DNA of 61,889 nucleotides, the filler included, from a bacterium (GTDB taxonomy: Bacteria; JBDRGX01): the NCBI GenBank assembly GCA_043817485.1. It is 8 parts of 8 records of this genome, joined end to end, with 100 filler letters (N's around TTAATTAATTAA, not from the genome) between each part and the next. Parts side by side here need not be neighbours in the genome. Positions count along the whole stretch, not along the records: positions 41,375 to 48,539 come from JBDRGX010000006.1; positions 48,640 to 57,671 come from JBDRGX010000007.1; 6 more parts are not named here. One strand, 5' to 3'. The notes beneath the pieces are model-generated. The model was not told the origin of the DNA. It saw only the letters and a list, made by a program, of their open reading frames with translations, and did no database searches. Made by a program: the position numbers and the translations under genes. Shown here one piece after another: positions 41,624-50,886 of the stretch. Each line of letters opens with the position of its first letter. Position 1 is the first letter of the stretch.

Positions 41624-42916
41624 TTATTTTCCAAATCGTTTATAAATAAATTCTAAATTTTTCATTTTTTCATCATCAAAAATATTTCTACCATCAATTA
41701 TAATAGGTTTTTTTAACAATTTTTTTATTTTTTCTAAATCTAATTCTTTAAATTCTTGCCATTCAGTACATATTACTAAACAATCACTATCTTGTGCTAC
41801 TTCATAAGGAGTATCACAAAAAGTGACATTGGTAAGTATTTTTTTTGCTTTTGGCATACTTACTGGATCATAAAATTTAATATTACAATTTTCTTTTTGA
41901 AGCATTTCAATAATATAAAGAGAAGAAGCTTCTCTAAGATCATCTGTATCGGGTTTAAAAGAAAGTCCAAGTATTCCTATGGTTTTATTAGAAAGAATCC
42001 AAAGTGCATCTTTTATTTTTTTAACTAACTGTTCTTTTCTTTTTTTATTTATTGCTAATGTGTCTTCAAGAAAATTAAAATTTACACCTGTTTCTTTAGC
42101 AATTTTAATAAAAGCAGATAAATCTTTAGGAAAACAAAAACCACCAAATCCTAATCCAGCTTTTAAACTAGAACATCCAATTCTTTTATCAGTACCCATT
42201 CCAAATGCTACTTTTTCAATATCTGCTCCAATTTTTTCACATAAATCTGAAATTACATTTATATAAGAAATTTTCATTGCTAAAAAACAATTAGAAGCAT
42301 GTTTAATTAATTCAGCACTATTGATATCAGTAACAATAATTAAAGAATTTAAAGGAGCATATAATTCTTTTAAAATTTTTTCTGCTTTTTCTGATTCCAC
42401 TCCTATAACAATTCTATCTGGTTTCATAAAATCTTGAACTGCACTACCCTCTCGTAAAAATTCTGGATTAGAAGCCAAATCAAAATCTAAATGTTCATTT
42501 TGATGAATTTTTATAGTATGTTTTACCCAAAGATTAGTTTTTATTGGAACTGTTGATTTTTCTACAATAAGTTTATATCCATTCATTTTTTTAGCAATTA
42601 TTTTTGAAACATCTTCAATAGCACTAAGATCTGCTTCTCCATTTTCTAAAGGAGGAGTTCCTACTGCTATAAAAATTATATCTGATTCTTTTATTGCTGT
42701 ATCTATATCAGTAGTAAAAAATAATTTATTCGCAAGTTTATTTTTTATTATTAATTCTGATAAACCTGGTTCATAAATTGGACATATTCCTTGTTCTAAT
42801 AAAAAAATTTTTTCTTGATCTTGATCAACACAAATAACTTTATTTCCTAATTCTGCAAAACAAGCTCCAGAAACTAACCCTATATAACCTGTTCCAATAA
42901 TACAAATTTTATGCAT
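41624..42916 (-). CDS. ugd: UDP-glucose 6-dehydrogenase
   Basis: IGTGYIG, KSTVP, NPEFLREG, GFGGFCFPKD, FKPDTDDLRE, DGRN. Confidence 0.95.
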   Translation of the reverse strand: MHKICIIGTGYIGLVSGACFAELGNKVICVDQDQEKIFLLEQGICPIYEPGLSELIIKNKLANKLFFTTDIDTAIKESDIIFIAVGTPPLENGEADLSAIEDVSKIIAKKMNGYKLIVEKSTVPIKTNLWVKHTIKIHQNEHLDFDLASNPEFLREGSAVQDFMKPDRIVIGVESEKAEKILKELYAPLNSLIIVTDINSAELIKHASNCFLAMKISYINVISDLCEKIGADIEKVAFGMGTDKRIGCSSLKAGLGFGGFCFPKDLSAFIKIAKETGVNFNFLEDTLAINKKRKEQLVKKIKDALWILSNKTIGILGLSFKPDTDDLREASSLYIIEMLQKENCNIKFYDPVSMPKAKKILTNVTFCDTPYEVAQDSDCLVICTEWQEFKELDLEKIKKLLKKPIIIDGRNIFDDEKMKNLEFIYKRFGK

Positions 42917-42935
42917 TTTTTTTATTCCTTTTTAT

Positions 42936-43046
42936 CTGTGAGTGCCAAAAATACCCCGTCTCTTGAGACGGGAATGAATTGGCACAATAAAAATATATTT
43001 TCCTTGCAGAGAAAATACTCCGCCATTTATGGCGGAGGAGATTCAT
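42936..43046 (+). mobile_element. P1 element copy B, 111 bp, intergenic, best-preserved copy
   Basis: TTTAT|CTGTGAGTGCCAAAAATACCCCGTCTCTTGAGACGGG...TGGCAC...CTCCGCCATTTATGGCGGAGGAGATTCAT. Confidence 0.9.
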
Positions 43047-43990
43047 TAAATTATTTTTCTTATAGTATAAGTAGATTTATTTTGTAATTCATAATATATT
43101 CTTGTTAACATTTCTGCTAATAAACCTAAAATAATAAATTGCACTCCAATTAAACCAAAAAATACAGTTAATAAAAGAAAAGGATTACGAGTAAAAGGAA
43201 CATTTTGAATTAATTTATTATAACAAAGAATAAATCCTAATATAAAAGAAAAAAGTAAAGAAAAAAAACCTATTCCTCCAAATATTTGCATAGGATTTAT
43301 AGAATAAGTTAACAAAAATTTTACTTTAATTAAATCTATACAGACCTTTAAAATACGAGAATTTCCATATTTAGATTTACCAAATTCTCTAATATTATCT
43401 TTAACTTCAATTTCAGCTATTTTAATACCAATATTATTTATCAATGCTGGAATAAAACGATGCATTTCTCCATAAAGATGAAATTCTTCAATAATTTCTT
43501 TTTTATATGCTTTAAATGTACAACCAAAATCATGTAATTTAACTTTAGAAATCCAGTAAATAAATTTATTAGCTACAAATGAAGGAATTTTTCGACACAA
43601 TAAATTTCCTTTTCGTTTTTTCCTCCAACCACTAACTAAATCATATCCACAATCAATTTTTTCTAAAAATTTAGGAATATCTTCAGGATCATTTTGTCCA
43701 TCACCATCCATAGCAATAATTATTTTTCCCAAACTATTTTTAAAACCACAATCTAAAGCAGCTGATTGTCCAAAATTTTTTCTAAATTGAATTATTTTAA
43801 TTTCATTATATTGACTTTTTATTTTTTTTAAAACTTCAAAAGTCTGATCAACACTTCCATCATCAATAACAATTACTTCAAAACTTTTTTCTAAAGAAAC
43901 AAGAACTTTTATTAATTTATGAATAAAAGTATCAATATTTTTTTCTTCATTAAAAACTGGAATTATTACAGAAATTTCTTTTTTTTCCAT
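43046..43990 (-). CDS. Family 2 glycosyltransferase, ArnC/polyprenyl-phosphate type
   Basis: IPVFNEE, NFGQSAA, DGDGQNDP, HRFIPAL, two C-terminal TM helices. Confidence 0.88.
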   Translation of the reverse strand: MEKKEISVIIPVFNEEKNIDTFIHKLIKVLVSLEKSFEVIVIDDGSVDQTFEVLKKIKSQYNEIKIIQFRKNFGQSAALDCGFKNSLGKIIIAMDGDGQNDPEDIPKFLEKIDCGYDLVSGWRKKRKGNLLCRKIPSFVANKFIYWISKVKLHDFGCTFKAYKKEIIEEFHLYGEMHRFIPALINNIGIKIAEIEVKDNIREFGKSKYGNSRILKVCIDLIKVKFLLTYSINPMQIFGGIGFFSLLFSFILGFILCYNKLIQNVPFTRNPFLLLTVFFGLIGVQFIILGLLAEMLTRIYYELQNKSTYTIRKII

Positions 43991-44021
43991 TTTTTTCTCA
44001 AATAAATTAAAACTTATAAAA

Positions 44022-44624
44022 TTATTTAATTTTTGCAAAAGGTCTAATTCTACATCTTTCTGCTAAAATAATATTTTTAAAAGTTTCTATAGATTTAGAT
44101 AAAGAATCATTAATAATTACATAATCATATTTTTCAAGTTGTTTTATTTCAGAAGATGCTTTTTTAAGTCGTTTTTCTAAAGATTTTTTATCTTCTGTAT
44201 TACGATTTTCAAGTCGACATTTTAAAACTTTTATTGAAGGTGGTAAAACAGATATTAAAATACTATCTTTATAATTTTTTTTAATTTGAAATCCACCTTT
44301 TACATCTATATCCAAAAAAACATCTTGTCCTTTATTTATATAATTTTCTAAATTTTCTTTTAAAGTTCCATAATAATTTCCAAAAACTTTTGCCCATTCT
44401 GCAAAATTATTATTTTTTATATATTTTTTAAAAATTTCTTCAGAAATAAAAAAATAATCAGCTCCGTTTTTTTCATCTTTTCGAATAGGTCTTGTAGTAT
44501 AAGAAATGGAAAATTTTATGTTCGGAATTTCTTTTCTAACTTTATGACACAAAGTTGTTTTTCCAGTTCCAGATGGAGCAGAGATAACAAATATTAAACC
44601 TTTTTGAAAAATATTAGTTTTCAT
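44022..44624 (-). CDS. gmk: Guanylate kinase
   Basis: SAPSGTGKTT, SYTTRP, NYYGT, LDIDVKG. Confidence 0.95.
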   Translation of the reverse strand: MKTNIFQKGLIFVISAPSGTGKTTLCHKVRKEIPNIKFSISYTTRPIRKDEKNGADYFFISEEIFKKYIKNNNFAEWAKVFGNYYGTLKENLENYINKGQDVFLDIDVKGGFQIKKNYKDSILISVLPPSIKVLKCRLENRNTEDKKSLEKRLKKASSEIKQLEKYDYVIINDSLSKSIETFKNIILAERCRIRPFAKIK

Positions 44625-45478
44625 TCTATATTTTGAATTTGCTCCTTAATTGTTTCTAAAGAATTTTTTATTTTTATACTTTCATCTTTTATTTTTAAAT
44701 CTGATATTTTAGAACTAATTGTATTTATTTCTCTTAAAAGTTCTATTGTTAAAAAACCAAGATTTTTCCCTACTGGTTCATCTTTTTCAAAAGAAGATTG
44801 AAATTGTTTTAAAAGACTTTTTATTCTTGTAATTTCTTCCATAATATCAATTTTATCTGTTAAAATAGCTATTTCTAATTTTATTCTTTCTTGAGTTATT
44901 TCTTCTTTTGAAATTTCTTTTAAACAATCATATAATTTTTTTTTATAATTTGTTATTACAGAAGGTGCTTCATTTTCAATTAGTTTCATAGAAATTTCTA
45001 TTTTATTAATTTCAGAACACAAAGCTTTTTCAATAGCTTTTCCTTCTTCTAATCGAGTTTTGACTAAATTTTGCAAAGCAGAAACTAATGGCTTTTTTAA
45101 ATTTTTTAAAAATATTTTTTCATTTTCTTTTTTTCTTTCTATCTTAATTAAATTTGGAAAAGTTAAAAGACTTGTTAAATTAAGATCGAATTTTAATTTT
45201 AATTTTTTGGATATTTTTTCTAAATGTTGAATAAAATTTGTATCAACTTTTATTTCATAAGGAGTTTTTCTTAAATCTTCATAAAAAATATTTATATTTA
45301 CTTTTCCCTTTTTCACATAATTATTAATTACTTTTTTTATTTCTAATTCATAAAAAGAAAATTCTTTTGAAACAGAAACTTCACAATAACGATGATTAAC
45401 AGACATTAATTCAATTGTAAAAGAAACTTGAGAATTTTTATATTTTCCTATACCAAAACCAGACATACTTTTTAACAA
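44621..45478 (-). CDS. yicC: YicC/YloC family endoribonuclease
   Basis: SMSGFG, SVNHRY, DIMEEITR, REINTISSK, EQIQNIE. Confidence 0.92.
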   Translation of the reverse strand: MLKSMSGFGIGKYKNSQVSFTIELMSVNHRYCEVSVSKEFSFYELEIKKVINNYVKKGKVNINIFYEDLRKTPYEIKVDTNFIQHLEKISKKLKLKFDLNLTSLLTFPNLIKIERKKENEKIFLKNLKKPLVSALQNLVKTRLEEGKAIEKALCSEINKIEISMKLIENEAPSVITNYKKKLYDCLKEISKEEITQERIKLEIAILTDKIDIMEEITRIKSLLKQFQSSFEKDEPVGKNLGFLTIELLREINTISSKISDLKIKDESIKIKNSLETIKEQIQNIE

Positions 45479-45643
45479 AATATACTTCCTTTTTTGAGTT
45501 TTTTAAAGTTTTGCAAAATATTAATTATAGTTTTATTGCTTTAACTTTATTAAGTAAAAATAGCTTTTCACAATTTTATAATGCTATTGCATAAATGTAA
45601 TGCTCCATATTTGTCAAGAAAAATTCAAAATTAGTATAATTCT

Positions 45644-46930
45644 TTATTTATCACAAATAAAATAAGAATTTGCTATTTTTGTAGCACAAAATTTACCACA
45701 CATTGTACAAGTAGAATCATCTGAATTGGGTCTATTTAATCGAAATTCTTTTGCTTCCTTTTTATCTATTGCTAATTCATATTGTTTTTCCCAATCTCTA
45801 TCTCTTCGTGCTTTTGACATTTGCATATCTTGTTCTATATTTCCATTTTTCACAATATCTCCAATATGAGCTGCAATTCTTGCTGCAATAACACCTGTTT
45901 TTACATCTTCGGGATATGGTAATCCTAAATGTTCTGATGGTGTTACATAACAAATAAAGTCAGCCCCATAAGCACTTGAAAGTGAAGCACCAATACTTGA
46001 AGAAATATGATCATAGGGAATAGATATATCAGTAGGTAAAGGTCCTAACATATAAAAAGGAGCATCTTTACTTAAACATTTTTCTAAAATTACATTAGCT
46101 TCAATTTCATTAAGAGGAATATGTCCTGGTCCTTCAACCATTGTTTGTACTCCCATTTCTTTAGCATAACAAGCCAGTTCACAATTAATCACTAATTCTT
46201 GAATTTGAGCCCTATCAGTAGAATCCATTATAGACCCAGCTCGTAATCCATTTCCAAGACTTAAAATTACATCATATTTTTTTAAAATTTCAACTACTTT
46301 TTCAAACTTTTCATATAAAGGATTTTCTTTTTGATTATGAACCATCCAAGCAACCATTGAAGCACCACCTTTACTTACCAAACCTCCATAACGATAACCT
46401 TGATTTCTTAATCTTTCTAAAACAACTTGGTTAATACCACAATGAATAGCCATAAAACTTAGTCCATCAGCACATTGTTTTTCAATAATATCAAAAAGTT
46501 CTTTTTCCTCTAATTTTACTACAGAACCATATTTTTCAATTGCTTCTGAAAAAGCTTGATATAAAGGAACATTACCAACAGGTAAATTAGATATAGATAT
46601 AATTTCTTTTCTTATTTTATCTAAATCACCGCCAACACTTAATTCCATTAAAGTATCAGCTTTATAATTTTCTGCTATTTTTGCTTTTTCTATTTCCATT
46701 TCCAAATTAATTAAATCAGTAGAAGTTCCAATACTTGCATTTATTTTCGTTCTTAATCCTTTACCAATTCCAACGGGTTTAATTTTTTTGTTTTGTCGAT
46801 AAAGAATTACTATTTTTCCTTGTGCAACTTTTTCTTTAAGTTCTTCTACACAAACATTTTCTTCTAATGCAATTTGTTTCATTTCATCTGTAATTATTCC
46901 TTGTTTTGCTTGCTCTAATTGCGTTAACAT
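45644..46930 (-). CDS. bzaF: ThiC-family radical SAM enzyme, probably 5-hydroxybenzimidazole synthase (BzaF-like) rather than ThiC
   Basis: MELSVGG, GNVPLYQ, YRYGGLVSKGG and SLGNGLRAG in place of canonical ThiC MDLSTGG, GTVPIYQ, GIVSRGG and SLGDGLRPG; C-terminal CTMCGKFC. Confidence 0.65.
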   Translation of the reverse strand: MLTQLEQAKQGIITDEMKQIALEENVCVEELKEKVAQGKIVILYRQNKKIKPVGIGKGLRTKINASIGTSTDLINLEMEIEKAKIAENYKADTLMELSVGGDLDKIRKEIISISNLPVGNVPLYQAFSEAIEKYGSVVKLEEKELFDIIEKQCADGLSFMAIHCGINQVVLERLRNQGYRYGGLVSKGGASMVAWMVHNQKENPLYEKFEKVVEILKKYDVILSLGNGLRAGSIMDSTDRAQIQELVINCELACYAKEMGVQTMVEGPGHIPLNEIEANVILEKCLSKDAPFYMLGPLPTDISIPYDHISSSIGASLSSAYGADFICYVTPSEHLGLPYPEDVKTGVIAARIAAHIGDIVKNGNIEQDMQMSKARRDRDWEKQYELAIDKKEAKEFRLNRPNSDDSTCTMCGKFCATKIANSYFICDK

Positions 46931-46998
46931 TTATTTTCTCCATATATTTTAAATTTTTTATGTTTTTTTGCTATATATAACGACTTAAGTTAATTGGC

Positions 46999-47148
46999 AT
47001 AAAAACTTAACTTTATCCATAAATACATACCTTCTACAACAATGTCACCCCTTCGGGGTTTTAATTGGTAATTATTTAATAATTGCTATAATAATATCAG
47101 CCCTTCAGGCTTTAATATATAAAAACTTAACTTTATCCATAAATACAT
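46999..47148. repeat. 30-bp direct repeat enclosing a tandem REP doublet (family R4)
   Basis: ATAAAAACTTAACTTTATCCATAAATACAT at 46999 and 47119; inside are CTACAACAATGTCACCCCTTCGGGGTTT and CTATAATAATATCAGCCCTTCAGGCTTT. Confidence 0.85.
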
Positions 47149-47238
47149 CTACTTGCATATTTTTTTTTGAATTGTTTGTTAACTATTTTTTGCCGTTATA
47201 TATACAAAAAAATGATTTAATTTTATAAAGCATAAATA

Positions 47239-47751
47239 TTATTTTTTTAAATTTTTATGTTTTTTTGCTAATTTTATATATTCTTGTACCCAAAATAAAT
47301 TTTTTTCAATTTCTTCTTTTGTCACTTTTCGAATTACTTTACCAGGAATCCCTAATACTAATACTTCTGATTCTATTTTTTTATTAGAAGAAATAATTGT
47401 TCCAGCTCCAATAATAGAATTATCTCCAATTTCTGCTCCATCAAGTATAATTGCACCCATACCTATTAAAACACCATTTCCTATTTTTGCTCCATGTAAA
47501 ATAGCATTATGACCAACTATTACATTTTTACCAATTAAAAGTGGGAAATTATTATCTTCATGTAAAATACAACCATCTTGTATATTACTACATTCTCCTA
47601 TAATAATTTTATCTACATCAGCTCTGATTACTACATTATACCAAATACTTGCATTTATTTTAATTTCAACATCACCTATAATTTGAGCACTATGAGCAAT
47701 AAATGTATCTGAATGAATATTTGGTTTTTTCCCATTAAATTCTTGTATCAT
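47239..47751 (-). CDS. Gamma carbonic anhydrase family hexapeptide-repeat protein
   Basis: IIGDVEI, SNIQDGCILH, VGHNAILHG, IGMGAII. Confidence 0.9.
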   Translation of the reverse strand: MIQEFNGKKPNIHSDTFIAHSAQIIGDVEIKINASIWYNVVIRADVDKIIIGECSNIQDGCILHEDNNFPLLIGKNVIVGHNAILHGAKIGNGVLIGMGAIILDGAEIGDNSIIGAGTIISSNKKIESEVLVLGIPGKVIRKVTKEEIEKNLFWVQEYIKLAKKHKNLKK

Positions 47752-48368
47752 TTTTTTAATTCTCCATTTTTTAAATCTATTATTGCTTGCATTGTTTTTT
47801 TTGTAATAATTTGATAAGTTTCTTTATTTTTAGAATATTTTAAAAAATCTGCGATAGAAATTTTTTGTCCAAAAATTACTTTTATTGGAGTAAAGGTAAT
47901 TTTTTTTGAATTTGTTGGAAGTAATTTATGAGATCCTTTAATATAACAAGGGACAATATCAGTTTCACTCATATAAGCAATCATTCCTATTCCTAACATT
48001 CCTTCATGAATTTCTCCATCATGACTTCTAGTTCCCTCAGGAAAAATTAAAAGAGCAGATTTTTTTTTTAAAATTTCAAAACATGTTGTAAAAGTTTCTT
48101 TACAAATACCTTCTCTACTTACAGGAAAAACACCTAATGAAAGAAGTATTTTACCGAATAAGAAATTTTTAAACAAATCTTTTTTAGCAATATATCTAAC
48201 TTTTCTAGGAATTGATGATCCTATCAATACTGGATCTGCAAAACTTGTATGATTAGCAGCAATAATTATTGAACCTGTTTTAGGAATATTTTCTTTGCCT
48301 TCTATTTTTAACTTAAATAAGATTTTAGATAAAAACAAAAATGTTTTTTGAACAATAAAAGCAAACAT
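47748..48368 (-). CDS. plsC: 1-acyl-sn-glycerol-3-phosphate acyltransferase
   Basis: NHTSFAD and FPEGTRS. Confidence 0.9.
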   Translation of the reverse strand: MFAFIVQKTFLFLSKILFKLKIEGKENIPKTGSIIIAANHTSFADPVLIGSSIPRKVRYIAKKDLFKNFLFGKILLSLGVFPVSREGICKETFTTCFEILKKKSALLIFPEGTRSHDGEIHEGMLGIGMIAYMSETDIVPCYIKGSHKLLPTNSKKITFTPIKVIFGQKISIADFLKYSKNKETYQIITKKTMQAIIDLKNGELKK

Positions 48369-48394
48369 TTATTTCCTTTTTTTATTTTTTTATG

Positions 48395-48539
48395 TTATAA
48401 AAAATTTAATTTTTTTATTTTCTGACAAAGATTTAATTTAGATGCTTTGTTTATAAAAAACAAAAATGCTTGTTTTTCTTCTACATCAAAATCATATCCT
48501 AAACAATTATAATATTCTTTAAAATCTATACAAATTTCC
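48395..48539 (-). CDS. 3' fragment, weakly resembling the MqnA C-terminus
   Basis: FKEYYNCLGYDFDVEEKQAFLFFINKASKLNL. Confidence 0.35.
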
Positions 48540-48639
48540 NNNNNNNNNNNNNNNNNNNNNNNNNNNNNNNNNNNNNNNNNNNNTTAATTAATTAANNNNN
48601 NNNNNNNNNNNNNNNNNNNNNNNNNNNNNNNNNNNNNNN
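48540..48639. other. Artificial contig linker
   Basis: N44-TTAATTAATTAA-N44. Confidence 0.98.
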
Positions 48640-48769
48640 GTTAATAGATGAGGATAATTAAACTTTCAGAAAAAGAACCAGTGTATGCGAAATGCGAGGT
48701 AAAAAAATATTTGGGTGAGCCTTAAAAATGGACAAACCGCATACACCTTGTAGTTCTATAAGATTTTAT

Positions 48770-49060
48770 TTACCAACGAGAATATTGTCTTGGTTCTCGT
48801 CTGGATGAAAAATCTTCTTTTCTGTCATGGGCTTTATTGACTTTAAGTAAACGACCTTTAAGGTCTTTATTGTTTAAACCTTCAATTGCAGCATTAGCTT
48901 CACTTTCTTCTGCCATTTCGATAAAACCAAAACCTTTGGATCTGCCTGTTATTTTATCTTTTACAATTGTAGCAGAAGTAACTTTACCAAAATCTGCAAA
49001 TGCTTTTTGTAATTCATCATCTGTAAGATCGTATGATAAATTACCTACATAAATATTCAT
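48770..49060 (-). CDS. RRM RNA-binding protein
   Basis: RNP2 IYVGNL, RNP1 KGFGFIEM; GGAGG RBS. Confidence 0.95.
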   Translation of the reverse strand: MNIYVGNLSYDLTDDELQKAFADFGKVTSATIVKDKITGRSKGFGFIEMAEESEANAAIEGLNNKDLKGRLLKVNKAHDRKEDFSSRREPRQYSRW

Positions 49061-49323
49061 CTATATACCTCCCTGGTATTAAAAACTCTTTTGCCTTAAA
49101 TTTGCCTGACTTACTTATTTATCAAACAAAAAAAACAGCAATCAATAAAACCTCCCCACCCATTTATATTGTTTTATTTTAATAACATTGTTTTTTTTAT
49201 TTGTCAAGAAAATGTTTATGTTTATTTTTTTAAATTATATAAATTTTACTACTTTTATCTTTTTCTTGACTTTAAAATATTTTTATACTATTTTTAATTT
49301 TTATTTTAACAAAAGAGAAAAAA

Positions 49324-50733
49324 ATGACAATAAAGCAAAAAGAAAAAATAATTCTTTTTATTTGTTTATTATTAGTAGATATTTTTGTAATCAACTTTAG
49401 CTTTTTATTTTCTTATTGGTTAAGATTTGAATCAAATCTAATTCCTACTCCTTTAGGAAAACCTTCTTTAAATACATATTTTCCAATAATGTTTTTTATT
49501 ACAATTATTTGGCTTTTAGTATTTAAAACATTAAATATGTATGAAAAAAATGTAGTTCAAACAAAATCCAATGTTTTCTATTCTATTTTTAAACCAGTAT
49601 TGTTTTGTATTGTGATAATTATAACAATTAGTTTTTTCTTTAGAGAATATTCTTTTTCTCGAATACTAACACTAATATATTTTTTTAACAATGTTTTTTT
49701 TATTTTTTTAGGAAGAATTTTTATTTGGAAAATATTTCTTATTCGGAAAAAAAAAGGATATGGTTTAACAAATTTAGCTATTATTGGTTATAGCAATATT
49801 GCTGAAAATATTGCATATAAAATTGAAACAAATCCAGAATTAGGTTATAATTTTGTTGGATTTATATTTTCTTCTTTTATTCAAAATCAAAATACAAAAA
49901 AAATTTTAGGAAAAACAGAAAATATTCGAGAAATTTTTGAAAAAAATTTAATTAACGATGTTTTTATTTTAACTAAACATTTTTCACATGAAGATGTTTT
50001 TTCTTTTATTACAATTAGTGATGAGTTTAAAATAAATATTTGTCTTATTCCAGATATGGTTGAGATGATGACTTCCAATGTAATTTTTGAAAAAATTAAA
50101 GGTATCCCTATAATTAAAATAAAAGAAATTCCTATACAAGGGGTTAATCTTATATTAAAAAGAATTACAGATATTATTTTTTCGAGTTTACTTCTTATAT
50201 TATTTTTACCTTTAATGATTATTATTGCTTTACTTATAAAAACAACATCTCCTGGAAAATTTATTTATAAACAAAAAAGAATAGGTAGGGATGAAAAACA
50301 ATTTACTCTTTATAAATTTAGAACCATGGTTAAAGAATCTAATAATGTAAGTCCCAAATGGTCAAATCCAAATGATCCAAGAATAACTTTAATAGGAAAT
50401 TTTTTAAGAACAAGTTGTATAGATGAATTACCACAACTATTTAATGTACTTAAAGGAGATATGAGTTTAATTGGACCAAGGCCAGAACAACCTTTTTTTG
50501 TTGAACAATTTAAAGAATTTATTCCTCGATATTTTGAAAGACATAAAATTAAATCTGGAATAACTGGATGGGCACAAGTAAATGGATTAAAAGGCGATAC
50601 ACTAATTGAACAAAGAATAAAATATGATCTTTATTATATTGAAAACTGGTCTTTATGGTTTGATTTCCAAATTTTATTAAAAACTTTAGGAATTTTTATT
50701 TCTTCAATTATTTCTTTTAAAAAAAATATATAA
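49324..50733 (+). CDS. wcaJ: Undecaprenyl-phosphate glucose phosphotransferase
   Basis: KRITDI, YKFRTM, DPRIT, DELPQLFNVLKGDMSLIGPRPE, GITGWAQVNG. Confidence 0.9.
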   Translation: MTIKQKEKIILFICLLLVDIFVINFSFLFSYWLRFESNLIPTPLGKPSLNTYFPIMFFITIIWLLVFKTLNMYEKNVVQTKSNVFYSIFKPVLFCIVIIITISFFFREYSFSRILTLIYFFNNVFFIFLGRIFIWKIFLIRKKKGYGLTNLAIIGYSNIAENIAYKIETNPELGYNFVGFIFSSFIQNQNTKKILGKTENIREIFEKNLINDVFILTKHFSHEDVFSFITISDEFKINICLIPDMVEMMTSNVIFEKIKGIPIIKIKEIPIQGVNLILKRITDIIFSSLLLILFLPLMIIIALLIKTTSPGKFIYKQKRIGRDEKQFTLYKFRTMVKESNNVSPKWSNPNDPRITLIGNFLRTSCIDELPQLFNVLKGDMSLIGPRPEQPFFVEQFKEFIPRYFERHKIKSGITGWAQVNGLKGDTLIEQRIKYDLYYIENWSLWFDFQILLKTLGIFISSIISFKKNI

Positions 50734-50886
50734 TTATTTGTTAGAGAATAATACTATTGTATAGATAATTATTGAACTTATAAAATTTAGTTGACAATTT
50801 ATAAATATTAAATATTGAAAATTAAAAATTGCATTACATCAAAAAAAATTAATTTTTAATTTTGTAATTATTGAGAGGAAAAAATA

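Noticed and set aside
42990-43070. P1 right end as a stand-alone TnpB guide (omega/reRNA) locus
   Set aside because: Only about 50 nt of right-end sequence is present, too short for a full scaffold, and no tnpB is in the window
46931-47238. TPP or cobalamin riboswitch upstream of the ThiC-family gene
   Set aside because: No recognisable core motifs on the minus strand; the hairpins belong to the R4 REP doublet
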